Part shown: one piece after another, positions 19,798 to 28,478 of the stretch
How the letters are laid out: every line of letters starts with the position of its first letter
Position numbering within the stretch: the first letter of the stretch is position 1
Assembly (NCBI GenBank): GCA_963821135.1
Contig: CAWGCR010000003.1
Span: 788,959-852,958, forward strand
Reading direction: 5' to 3'
DNA: 64,000 bases
From: an uncultured Bacteroidales bacterium
Lineage (GTDB): Bacteria; Bacteroidota; Bacteroidia; Bacteroidales; UBA10428
Program-made: the position numbers and the translations under genes
The notes under the pieces: model-generated
Told to the model about the DNA's origin: nothing
The model's input: only the letters and a program-made list of their open reading frames with translations
The model's database searches: none

Positions 19798-20613
19798 CTA
19801 TTGAATATTATGTTTGTAAAGTTTCATCATGATTCGGTTAGCAAGGGATGAAGCGGTTTTTCTGGGTAGCAACCGGGTAAGTATAAAATAGCTCATACGA
19901 TTTAAGAATCCAGGGATAAAAAGTGTTTTCCGGCCCACACGATCCAGGGCAAGCCTGGCCACTTCATTGGGTTGCATTACTGTTGGTTTGAAAAACCCAT
20001 ACTGTGGTTTTGTTTCAAGATAAGCCGGAGTGGCTGTAGGCCCGGCTATACAGGCCATTACATCTATACCGGATACTTTCAGCTCATTCTGCAGGGCTTC
20101 GATAAGATTCCAGGCAAAAGCTTTGGTTGCCGCGTAGGGAGCCACAAACTGCATTCCTATCAAACCTGCTAGGGATGACATAAGAAGTATACCGCCCGAT
20201 TTATTATTATGGTGTAACTCCTGAGAAAAGGCATGTACCAATTTTAAGGGTGTATGTGTATTGACTTCAATAAAACGATCCAGTTCCTCTTCGGTATAGG
20301 ATAAGAAGGACTTAATAGCACTAAAGGCCGCATTGTAAATAAGCAGTCGACAATTGATATCCCTGATTGTGTGCATGATTTCTTTTGTCGCAGTCTGTTT
20401 TTCAAGGTCGATTTCTATTACAATAGTCTGAATCTTAAACTCACTCTCTATCCTTTGCGAAAGGGACATTAAGCGTTCAGCCTTTTTGTCAACCATAACA
20501 ATATTTACACCTCTTTTGGCCAGGGCAAGGGTAAAAGCCTCTCCCAGACCTTCAGCGGCGCCGGCGAGCAGCACCCATGGACCATATTTATTCTTAAAGG
20601 GTATTTTTGACAT
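19798..20613 (-). CDS. Short-chain dehydrogenase/reductase (SDR)
   Basis: 271 aa. Glycine-rich VLLAGAAEGLGEAF, NAA motif (IYNAAFS), catalytic YAATKAF. Confidence 0.85.
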   Translation of the reverse strand: MSKIPFKNKYGPWVLLAGAAEGLGEAFTLALAKRGVNIVMVDKKAERLMSLSQRIESEFKIQTIVIEIDLEKQTATKEIMHTIRDINCRLLIYNAAFSAIKSFLSYTEEELDRFIEVNTHTPLKLVHAFSQELHHNNKSGGILLMSSLAGLIGMQFVAPYAATKAFAWNLIEALQNELKVSGIDVMACIAGPTATPAYLETKPQYGFFKPTVMQPNEVARLALDRVGRKTLFIPGFLNRMSYFILTRLLPRKTASSLANRIMMKLYKHNIQ

Positions 20614-20642
20614 ACATCTTCTTCAAAAACAGGATTTATGTA

Positions 20643-21632
20643 TTAAGAAAAGAAATTATTAAGCTCGGCGGTAATAAAATTAAGTTCCTCCTGGGATAAT
20701 TTAATATCCGATGCGCCGGCATTTTGAAGGGCCTGGGCAACATTCCGAGCTCCAACCAATGCAACGGTAATTCCGGGCTGTTCAATCGTCCAGCGAATAA
20801 TTAATTGACCCAGGGATGCGTTTTTTTCGCTGGCCAAAGGCTTCAATTTCTCAAGAAATGCATTCGTCTTTTTGATATTTTCGTCACTAAAGTAAGGTAG
20901 TTTTGCCCGGTGATCACCTTCTGCAAATGTATGCCCCGGTTTTATTTTGCCAGTTAACAAACCACGTCCCAAAGGGCTATATGCCAAAATTGATTTATTG
21001 CTTTCAATCACATAGGGGATCAATTCGCTTTCAATTTCTCTCTGAATCATGCTGAAGGGTACCTGATCAGAAATAACATTAACGTACTTTCCGGCTTCCT
21101 TTAATTGATCTACATTGTAATTACTGACCCCTGCATACCTGATCTTGCCACTCTGTATTAACCTGTCGACCGTTTCCATGGTTTCCTGAATGGCTGTTGT
21201 TGGATCGGGCCAGTGAATCTGGTACAGGTCGATATAATCAGTCCCGAGTAAGCGCAGGCTGTCTTCACACTCTTTGATGATACTTTCTTTCCCTGCATAC
21301 TTGTGCACATCTATAGCTTGTCCCTGGTTATTTCTGCTATTGAAGAAAAATTCGCCCATTTTGGTATCCCAACGCAAACCATATTTCGTTAGAATCTGCA
21401 ACTTATCACGAGGGATATCTTTAATCGCGGTTCCAATAATTTTTTCACTAGTCCCCTGTCCGTATGCAGGGGCAGTATCAATTGATGTTACCCCGCAATC
21501 GTAGGCAGCTTGTATTGCTTTTACTGATTCTGCTTGTTCTGTGCCTCCCCACATCCATCCTCCTGCAGCCCAGGCACCAAATGTTACAACAGATAATTCT
21601 AAATCTGAGTTTCCTATTTTTCGATACTCCAT
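20643..21632 (-). CDS. Aldo/keto reductase
   Basis: 329 aa. SIDTAPAYGQGTSEKIIG, DLYQIHWPD, YSPLGRGLLTGK. Confidence 0.9.
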   Translation of the reverse strand: MEYRKIGNSDLELSVVTFGAWAAGGWMWGGTEQAESVKAIQAAYDCGVTSIDTAPAYGQGTSEKIIGTAIKDIPRDKLQILTKYGLRWDTKMGEFFFNSRNNQGQAIDVHKYAGKESIIKECEDSLRLLGTDYIDLYQIHWPDPTTAIQETMETVDRLIQSGKIRYAGVSNYNVDQLKEAGKYVNVISDQVPFSMIQREIESELIPYVIESNKSILAYSPLGRGLLTGKIKPGHTFAEGDHRAKLPYFSDENIKKTNAFLEKLKPLASEKNASLGQLIIRWTIEQPGITVALVGARNVAQALQNAGASDIKLSQEELNFITAELNNFFS

Positions 21633-21764
21633 AAATTTTTATTTTAAGAATCTTAGTGTTTGATCTTACGATAACAAATCACCTAAAATATAGTAAAGGT
21701 AAAAGTAATTATATATGTGTATTTAAGAATGGTTCTGGTTTTTTCAGCGTTGGATTGTGTCTGC

Positions 21765-21839
21765 GTGATTCCTGGTGACTTGGAGACTTTGTGGCTATTT
21801 TTAATTCGCCACTAAGGCACAAAAACACGAAGAATTCAC
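21765..21839. repeat. Imperfect 31/32-bp inverted repeat (hairpin-forming palindromic element) built from CAC[T/A/G]AA[G/A] heptamers
   Basis: Left arm gtgattcctggtgacttggagactttgtggc (21765-21795), 12-nt spacer, right arm gccactaaggcacaaaaacacgaagaattcac (21808-21839). About 22 of 31 positions are complementary by hand alignment. Confidence 0.55.
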
Positions 21840-21915
21840 TAAGATTAAAACGCTAATTTAAACTTAAGCTTTAAGAAAATATAGTATTCCTGATTATTAG
21901 ACTAAAGAATTTATA

Positions 21916-21923
21916 TATATTTG
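21916..21923 (+). promoter_or_regulatory. Bacteroidota-type -7 promoter box TAnnTTTG
   Basis: Exact TATATTTG 25 nt upstream of the ATG at 21949. Confidence 0.4.
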
Positions 21924-21948
21924 TATATTCATATATAGATATAAAGAT

Positions 21949-22662
21949 ATGTTTAAAACAATTACCATACTTGCACTAACATTCATTATAATCTCTTGTT
22001 CCAATTCACAAGAGATAAAGCATGTTGATTCGAAAACTTTTTCAACCTTAATTGAAAAGGGTAACGGTATTATTCTCGATGTTCGGACTCCCCAGGAATT
22101 CTCCAGGGGTCATATCGAGAATTCGACATTAATAAGCACCAGTGATCCTAAATTTATTGAAAAAGTAAGTCTGCTGCAAAAAGAAAAACCAATTTATATA
22201 TACTGCTTAACAGGAAGTCGAAGCAGGGCTGTTGCCAATTACCTGACCGCGAACGGATATACCGAAGTATATAATCTTAACCGGGGATTAATGGAATGGC
22301 AGCAATATGGTTTTCCTTTAAGGCAAAAAGGGTATTCAATTGCATCTGAAAGCAAAACCTACAATCAATCAGAATTTAATAAGATTCTCTCCTCCTCCAA
22401 CCTGGTGCTTATCGATTTTCATGCAACATGGTGTGCTCCCTGCAAAAAAATGGCACCTGTTATCGATGAGGTGGAAAAGAAGTATTCGGGAAAAGCTTCG
22501 GTAAAGAAAATTGACGTAGAAGTCAATAAAATACTGCAAACAGCCTATAACATTGAATCGATACCGGGACTAGTCCTCTTTAAAAATGGTAAGGAAGTCT
22601 GGAAATATACCGGATTAATCAGCTTTACCGAATTAAGCCAGGTAATTGATCAGTATTTGTAA
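21949..22662 (+). CDS. Exported rhodanese-thioredoxin fusion lipoprotein
   Basis: 237 aa. Lipobox FIIISCS. Rhodanese block ILDVRTPQEFSRGHI..IYIYCLTGSRSRAVANYL with the active-loop Cys. Thioredoxin block with WCAPCKKM. Confidence 0.85.
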   Translation: MFKTITILALTFIIISCSNSQEIKHVDSKTFSTLIEKGNGIILDVRTPQEFSRGHIENSTLISTSDPKFIEKVSLLQKEKPIYIYCLTGSRSRAVANYLTANGYTEVYNLNRGLMEWQQYGFPLRQKGYSIASESKTYNQSEFNKILSSSNLVLIDFHATWCAPCKKMAPVIDEVEKKYSGKASVKKIDVEVNKILQTAYNIESIPGLVLFKNGKEVWKYTGLISFTELSQVIDQYL

Positions 22663-22749
22663 TATTTTTCTGATTATCAGGTATTAATAAGAATTGAATT
22701 TAGTACAGATCAATAGAAAAATCTGCAATTACAAGGGAAAATAAATCTT

Positions 22750-23127
22750 CTAAAGTATAATAGCTTGCTGAATTGAGTTCTCAATAGCTTCACTATTAAA
22801 AGGCTTTTTAAAATACTGAAAGATCATTTCGTTCTTCAGCGCTTCTTTTATCTCGGGGGTAATTTCGAATCCTGTAAGAATAAAATAAACGATATCTTTA
22901 AATTTCTGGCTGGCCAATTTAATAAACTCAATGCCATTCATTTCCGGCATTTTCATATCACTGATTACCACCTGGATATCATTATCATCCTCGAGCTTCT
23001 TCAATGCTTCTTCTCCGGAATAAGCTGTGAGTACAGTATATTTTCTTTTAAAGCTATGATAAAAAACACGAAGATTTAATTCTTCATCATCTACATAAAG
23101 GATTTTAATAGTATCCATAATACTCAA
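22750..23127 (-). CDS. Stand-alone response-regulator receiver protein (CheY-like)
   Basis: 125 aa. ILYVDDEELN, VVISDMKMPEMNG, no output domain. It overlaps the kinase gene by 4 nt. Confidence 0.9.
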   Translation of the reverse strand: MSIMDTIKILYVDDEELNLRVFYHSFKRKYTVLTAYSGEEALKKLEDDNDIQVVISDMKMPEMNGIEFIKLASQKFKDIVYFILTGFEITPEIKEALKNEMIFQYFKKPFNSEAIENSIQQAIIL

Positions 23128-24704
23128 GTTTTATTAACATGTGGTAATCTCACAATTGCTGTTGTACCCTGTCCGGGCTCCGACGTATAGCCAAGTGTAC
23201 CCTTATGTTCTTCAATAATGGAGTAGGTTATTGAAAGTCCTAAACCAGTGCCTTTCCCAGGTGATTTCGTAGTATAAAATGGCTCTGTAATCCGTGAGAT
23301 ATTTTCTTTAGGTATACCGCAACCCGTATCACTAATTTTTACTTTAACACCCTTGCTATCTGATGATGTTGCTATTTCAATAGTTCCCTTGTTATAAATT
23401 GCCTGCATTGCATTCGCAAGTATATTTAAAAAGGCCTGATGCAATTTACCATCGCTCCCCTCAATAGTAGGTTCATGTGCTTTATATTCCTTATTAATAA
23501 CAATACGATTTTTCAGCTGGTTATTTAAAATTACCAGGCAATTATCAATAATCTCGTGTATGTTGCACTTTTCCAGGCTCGATTCACCCTGTCGACTGAA
23601 GTGATTCAGACTGGTAACAATGATTGATGCTCTTGCCACACCTTCATTTATTGCTTCGAGGAGGGTTTTTACTTCCTCTTCATCCGCTTCATTCTTCTCC
23701 TCTAAATAAGCCTGTAATCCAACTACCCCTCCATGAATAAAGTTTAGCGGATTATTTATTTCATGGGCTACACCAGCTGAAAGTATCCCTAATGAGGCCA
23801 TTTTATCAGAGTGAATGAGCTTCTCCTGGGTGGCTTTTAATTCATCAAGAGTCAGCTTTAGTTTTTTCTGTTCGTCTACCAACTTTTCATTGGTAGACAT
23901 TAGTGCGATATTTGATTTATCCACTTCTGCAGTCCGTTCAGAAACTAACTGTTCCAGGTTATTTCTGTAATTTTCAAGTTGAAGGGCACTTTTCTTCTTT
24001 TCGTCAATATCACTCACTAACGCTATAATTCTTTCAGCACCCCTGATATGGGCTTTTTTTAGGGCAACCTGACACCAAAACAGCTCCCCGCTTTTCTTTT
24101 TTGCCCGCCAGTCAAATTTAAGTTCCCCTTTTTCCAGTGCTTCCTTAATTTTAAATTTGGCTTCCTTATCAGTGTATTTACCTGTATTAGAGCTTAACTC
24201 TGAAAGCTTAAGTTTGCTGACATCTTCATTTTGGTATCCATAGGTATCCCGCATGGCCTGATTAACTTCCAGAATTTTTCCCTCAAGATCCTGGATAATA
24301 ATGGCATCGGCAGAGGAATTAAATATCTCACGATAGTTCTGCTCATTCTGGGCTATTTCGATATTTTTTTGGTTCAGATCGTTGATAAATTTAAGGAATG
24401 CCACATTGAATTTATAAAATCCTATTATAATAACAGTAGTTACTATTATCAGTAATGATAAGTTTATGATCCAGGAACTAATTTTATCCAGATTCGCAGG
24501 AGCTTGAATAAGCATTGGATTGTTGCCGGTAATAACCATCCAACCGATTCCAATAAAACTTAATATTGCCAGCACATAGAGGTAAATGGCTCTTTTGAGG
24601 GGAAATCCAATTAGAGAAATAAAGGAAATTAAAACAATTACTACCTTATTTGCCGATAACAGTCCAAATTCTAATAAATCCACTATATAAGCCATAAATA
24701 GCAC
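23124..24704 (-). CDS. PAS-domain sensor histidine kinase
   Basis: 526 aa (GTG start in the track). N-terminal TM helices, PAS (YREIFNSSADAIIIQDLEGKILEVNQAM), H-box GVAHEINNPLNF, G-boxes DTGCGI and GKGTGLGLSI. Confidence 0.85.
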   Translation of the reverse strand: MLFMAYIVDLLEFGLLSANKVVIVLISFISLIGFPLKRAIYLYVLAILSFIGIGWMVITGNNPMLIQAPANLDKISSWIINLSLLIIVTTVIIIGFYKFNVAFLKFINDLNQKNIEIAQNEQNYREIFNSSADAIIIQDLEGKILEVNQAMRDTYGYQNEDVSKLKLSELSSNTGKYTDKEAKFKIKEALEKGELKFDWRAKKKSGELFWCQVALKKAHIRGAERIIALVSDIDEKKKSALQLENYRNNLEQLVSERTAEVDKSNIALMSTNEKLVDEQKKLKLTLDELKATQEKLIHSDKMASLGILSAGVAHEINNPLNFIHGGVVGLQAYLEEKNEADEEEVKTLLEAINEGVARASIIVTSLNHFSRQGESSLEKCNIHEIIDNCLVILNNQLKNRIVINKEYKAHEPTIEGSDGKLHQAFLNILANAMQAIYNKGTIEIATSSDSKGVKVKISDTGCGIPKENISRITEPFYTTKSPGKGTGLGLSITYSIIEEHKGTLGYTSEPGQGTTAIVRLPHVNKT

Positions 24705-24954
24705 AATGAGAACGAAATATGTTTTTGTGCGAAGACTTAGTTTCTTTCTGTATAGAGGTAATGCTTATCACAATAAAAACAACAATAAGATCAGATACAA
24801 ATGAAAGCTGGAAACCAATTTCAGGGAATTTTAATAAACTTAATACATAGGTTATACTGCTTAAGAAAGATGCAATAATAAGTCCCAAATCGATGATTTG
24901 ATTTCTTATTCTATTTAGCTCAATCTGAATATTATTCTCTGCGCCCATAAGCAT
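24646..24954 (-). pseudogene. Possible displaced 5' membrane module of the sensor kinase (frame change near 24755-24770)
   Basis: The first ~70 codons of this 102-aa ORF are TM-like (LGLIIASFLSSITYVLSLL, LIVVFIVISITSI) and the rest looks like out-of-frame sequence. In the kinase frame the sequence immediately downstream reads ALPLYRKKLSLRTKTYFVLIVLFMAY.. after two stops. Confidence 0.4.
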
Positions 24955-25102
24955 ATCTCTTCGTCCACAATATCTCGTATTCTAAAATATCAATTTTTTT
25001 TGGAATATACTTCTAAACAGGAAATTCTTAGGGTGGCGTTTATATCCAAATCAGATAATAACCCTAATCTCTATATTAGCTGCCTAAAGAAAACAAATTT
25101 GA

Positions 25103-25110
25103 TATATTTG
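25103..25110 (+). promoter_or_regulatory. Bacteroidota-type -7 promoter box TAnnTTTG
   Basis: Exact TATATTTG. It overlaps the track's GTG start at 25110, which argues for the downstream ATG at 25176. Confidence 0.4.
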
Positions 25111-25175
25111 TGAGTAAGCTTTTGCTTTGTAAATCATCAAGGTTATTGAATTACAAAAAATTCAATCTTACAAAT

Positions 25176-25688
25176 ATGAAACGAAAACCCTATATGAATC
25201 CCTATCTTGCCGGTACATTACTCGGATTGGTTTTATTGTCTGCTATGTTTTTTTCCGGCCGGGGTTTAGGTGCAAGTGGTGGTATAAAATATTGTGTGGT
25301 TTCTGTTGTTGGTGCAATCAGCGATGACCATGCCCAGGCCTCACCCTTTTATAGGAAGTACTTTGAAGAAGGAAAAAGGCCCCTCAGATCCTGGCTAAGC
25401 TTTGAGATATTGGGGTTATTAATTGGTGGTTTACTATCAGGGGCAATCTCAGGCAGACTTGGGATAAAGACCGAACGCTCGCCCAATATATCCAATAGAA
25501 GAAGATATATTTTTGCTTTCCTTGGCGGATTGTTATTTGTCTTCGGGGCCATGTTAGCAAGAGGTTGTACTAGTGGGGCTGCTCTTTCAGGAATGGCTGT
25601 ATTATCTACTGCGGGTTTTGTCACCATGGCTGCCATATTTGGTTCAGCCTATATATTTGCATGGTTTTTTCGAAAGAATTGGATTTAA
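25176..25688 (+). CDS. YeeE/YedE-family sulfur-compound transporter, half-size subunit 1
   Basis: About 170 aa from MKRKPYMNPYLAGTLLG. Polytopic. Conserved Cys loop MLARGCTSGAALSG. Confidence 0.8.
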   Translation: MKRKPYMNPYLAGTLLGLVLLSAMFFSGRGLGASGGIKYCVVSVVGAISDDHAQASPFYRKYFEEGKRPLRSWLSFEILGLLIGGLLSGAISGRLGIKTERSPNISNRRRYIFAFLGGLLFVFGAMLARGCTSGAALSGMAVLSTAGFVTMAAIFGSAYIFAWFFRKNWI

Positions 25689-25707
25689 ACAATAAAGTAA
25701 TTATAGC

Positions 25708-26310
25708 ATGGGACCTATTCAAATTACACCCGATTTTTCAGCATGGTTGCGCTTGTTAACAGCTTTGATCATTGGAATTGGTTTTGGCTTTTCATTGGAA
25801 CAAGCGGGATTCTCTTCAAGTAGAAAATTAGCCGGGATGTTTTATGGATACGACACTACTGTATTAAAAGTATTCTTCACAGCTGCCGTGGTTGCACTGA
25901 TAGGGGCTCAGCTATTAAGTTTCTTTGGGCTTTTGGATTTAGACCTGGTTTTTGTAAATCAATTCTATGTTCTTCCTGCCATTATAGGTGGAGTAGTCAT
26001 GGGACTTGGATTTGTAATGGGGGGATTTTGTCCGGGGACAGGGTTCAGCGCATTGGCAATTGGTAAAATTGATGCTCTTTTTTATCTGGTAGGCGGTTTT
26101 TGCGGAGCCTGGCTATTTGCCGAGGTCTACCCATTAATTTCCGGTTTCGCAAATAGTGGTTATAAGGGACCCGTAAAAATTAACGAGTGGCTTGGAATAA
26201 ATCCTGCGGTATTCAGTTTACTTTTAATTCTTATTGCTGCAGCTATGTTCTGGGTAGCTGAAAAAGCTGAAGTGAAATATGCTCGTCCGGATATTACAAA
26301 AGAACTTTAA
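25708..26310 (+). CDS. YeeE/YedE-family sulfur-compound transporter, half-size subunit 2
   Basis: 200 aa, polytopic, Cys loop MGGFCPGTGFSALA. It lies 19 nt after subunit 1. Confidence 0.8.
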   Translation: MGPIQITPDFSAWLRLLTALIIGIGFGFSLEQAGFSSSRKLAGMFYGYDTTVLKVFFTAAVVALIGAQLLSFFGLLDLDLVFVNQFYVLPAIIGGVVMGLGFVMGGFCPGTGFSALAIGKIDALFYLVGGFCGAWLFAEVYPLISGFANSGYKGPVKINEWLGINPAVFSLLLILIAAAMFWVAEKAEVKYARPDITKEL

Positions 26311-26320
26311 GATCTACGCA

Positions 26321-26932
26321 ATGAATGCTCGCATACTATTATCAATAAACCTCATAGCCTTGGCTGTAATCCTTATCCTTCTTCCAAAAAAAGATATAAA
26401 TAAAAATAATTTAAAACCGGGGGAACAGATAGAAACACTTTTTGCTGAAGACTTTGGAGTATCCGTTGATTTGGCTGCCCGTTACCTCAATGAAAATGAT
26501 TCTACTATTCAATTTATCGATTTGCGCTCATCCGAGGAATTTATAAATTGCAATATTCCGGGGTCCATAAACATCCCTTACGAGCAATTACTTGACAAGA
26601 AACTGCAAGGTTATTTAAATCAGGATGAGAAAGTGAACATTCTTTATAGCAACGGAGATTTTATTAGTAACCTGGCACTTACGCTATTAAATGGTTTGGG
26701 CTATAAAAACAACCATATACTAAGCGGAGGAATGAATGAATGGTTTTCACTTGTGATGGATATGGAATTTCGGGATGGACCACTGTCTGCGCGAGAAAAT
26801 GCCTTATATGAGAACCGGAAAAATGCCAGGACATTATTCACCCAAATCAACAGTTTACCCGACTCACTGAAGAATAGTTTTCTGGAAGCCAGGATGCTTG
26901 ATGAATTACAACTTGACGGAGGTTGTGAATAA
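26321..26932 (+). CDS. Membrane-anchored rhodanese-like protein lacking the catalytic Cys (Ser substitution)
   Basis: The ATG at 26321 gives the TM anchor MNARILLSINLIALAVILILL. Rhodanese block FIDLRSSEEF..IPGSINIP..VNILYSNGDFISNLALTLLNGLGY..LSGGMNEW has Ser where the Cys is expected. The C-terminus is QLDGGCE. Confidence 0.7.
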   Translation: MNARILLSINLIALAVILILLPKKDINKNNLKPGEQIETLFAEDFGVSVDLAARYLNENDSTIQFIDLRSSEEFINCNIPGSINIPYEQLLDKKLQGYLNQDEKVNILYSNGDFISNLALTLLNGLGYKNNHILSGGMNEWFSLVMDMEFRDGPLSARENALYENRKNARTLFTQINSLPDSLKNSFLEARMLDELQLDGGCE

Positions 26933-26946
26933 CGTAAAAGTAAATT

Positions 26947-27411
26947 ATGAAGAAATACGGGTTTATATTAAGTAGTGTATTTTTAGCGGGTATTATCCTC
27001 TTAATTCTGGTTGTTGAAATCAGAGAAGACTATTATACGCTTACTACAGAAGAAGTTCATGACATATCTGTCAGGCAGGAACTGGTTATAACTTCAACTG
27101 AACTTAAGAAATACCAGGCCTCATCCCTGCTGGTTCATTTATGCGGTAAATCAGAAAATGATAATTTCTCTGCATCAGATCAGGAGATCAGCATTAATCC
27201 TTCCGATTTGCTGTTACGCAAATACAGAAAACTATACGCAAAAAACCAAGGTGTACTCATATTAAGTTCTGAAGATATTGAAACTGCTGCCAAGGCCTGG
27301 GTCATATTGAATCGCAAGGGGTATAGAGTAATAAAGATTCTTGATGATAAGGCTAATGAAAAAATAAACTATTCATTTCAGCCCGACAGTACTATCGGAC
27401 CGAAAGAATAA
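26947..27411 (+). CDS. Membrane-anchored rhodanese-like protein lacking the catalytic Cys
   Basis: 154 aa. TM anchor GFILSSVFLAGIILLILVV. The active-loop region reads GVLILSSEDIETAAKAWVILNRKGY, with Ser at the Cys position. Confidence 0.55.
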   Translation: MKKYGFILSSVFLAGIILLILVVEIREDYYTLTTEEVHDISVRQELVITSTELKKYQASSLLVHLCGKSENDNFSASDQEISINPSDLLLRKYRKLYAKNQGVLILSSEDIETAAKAWVILNRKGYRVIKILDDKANEKINYSFQPDSTIGPKE

Positions 27412-27416
27412 TTTTT

Positions 27417-28457
27417 CTATTTTACATAAGAATAGTCCATCACTTCTTCGCTGGAAAAAGGCAACCAGGATAAAGTTTCCCTTTCCTTTTGCATTTTATC
27501 GTACATAAAACTATTGTTGCCATATAGCAGGGTTTGAGCATTGTACCCAAATAAGCGAAGGTAAGCGGTAACAAATTCAGAATTATGCCCGGTGCCACAA
27601 TACACAATCGATACCCTATCCTGTGGGATGGTACTCATTTCTGCTACAATACCCAGGGTAGCCTGGGGTTTATACCGAATGGAACCCGGAATGTGACCTG
27701 CCTCGTATTTATCCCTGCGTATGTAATTCATAATGTACAATTCAGGGCTGTTTTCAAAGACTTTATCCGCACTTGTATGGGCAGGGACCAGTCCTTCCTC
27801 AAATAATTGCCCGATCCTGCTCAACAGAATCTCCTCTCCAGTGGTTTTTCCGGTATTCAGTTCAGGGAGGGATTGAGGAGAAGCCTTTTCATGTATTTCA
27901 GTTTCAAGCTTATCCTGGTACGCAGAACCGATAGCCTTAAACCAGCTATCCTTGGCAAAATCATTATTCCAGGCACTCATCCCCCAGCGCATGGAATATA
28001 CATTGCCATAGCCCATTAAGCGCAGAAGACAGGTGACATAACTCGATGTTTGCCCGGCTTCCGACACAATAATGATTTTATTGTACTTGAAAGGCACTAT
28101 GTCTGCCTCGAAATAGCCTGGAATATTTTCAAAACTGAGATTTACTGCACCGGTAATATGACCATCAGCAAATTTTTCAGGATCTCTAATATCCAGAATT
28201 AATTGTTCCACACCCAAATTCTCATACACTGAGGATGCCTTAATTAATGATGGGAAACTACGGCTATTTACATAATCGCCTAATTCATTCAGGTAAGCAA
28301 GCATTAATCGTGATTCTTCACCTACCAGCTGCTCCGGATCAATAGTCTGGATTTGTTGGATTCCCTTATCTGACTTGCCCCCTGATTTACATGACACAGT
28401 AATGACAAGTGCCATAATAAAAACCCAAACTAAATTGAATGAAATATATTTATTCAT
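27417..28457 (-). CDS. Exported tandem-rhodanese lipoprotein (thiosulfate sulfurtransferase-like; inactive N-domain, active C-domain)
   Basis: 346 aa. Lipobox ITVSCKS. Domain 1 reads LDIRDPEKFADGHITGA..IIIVSEAGQTSSYV (Ser). Domain 2 reads EAGHIPGSI..IVYCGTGHNSEFVTAYL (Cys). Confidence 0.8.
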   Translation of the reverse strand: MNKYISFNLVWVFIMALVITVSCKSGGKSDKGIQQIQTIDPEQLVGEESRLMLAYLNELGDYVNSRSFPSLIKASSVYENLGVEQLILDIRDPEKFADGHITGAVNLSFENIPGYFEADIVPFKYNKIIIVSEAGQTSSYVTCLLRLMGYGNVYSMRWGMSAWNNDFAKDSWFKAIGSAYQDKLETEIHEKASPQSLPELNTGKTTGEEILLSRIGQLFEEGLVPAHTSADKVFENSPELYIMNYIRRDKYEAGHIPGSIRYKPQATLGIVAEMSTIPQDRVSIVYCGTGHNSEFVTAYLRLFGYNAQTLLYGNNSFMYDKMQKERETLSWLPFSSEEVMDYSYVK

Positions 28458-28478
28458 AAATATCGATCTCTTCAGGAT

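Noticed and set aside
25110-25175. GTG-initiated 22-codon extension of the first YeeE/YedE gene
   Set aside because: The GTG overlaps an exact TATATTTG -7 box and the extension is not hydrophobic or signal-like. The ATG at 25176 is preferred.
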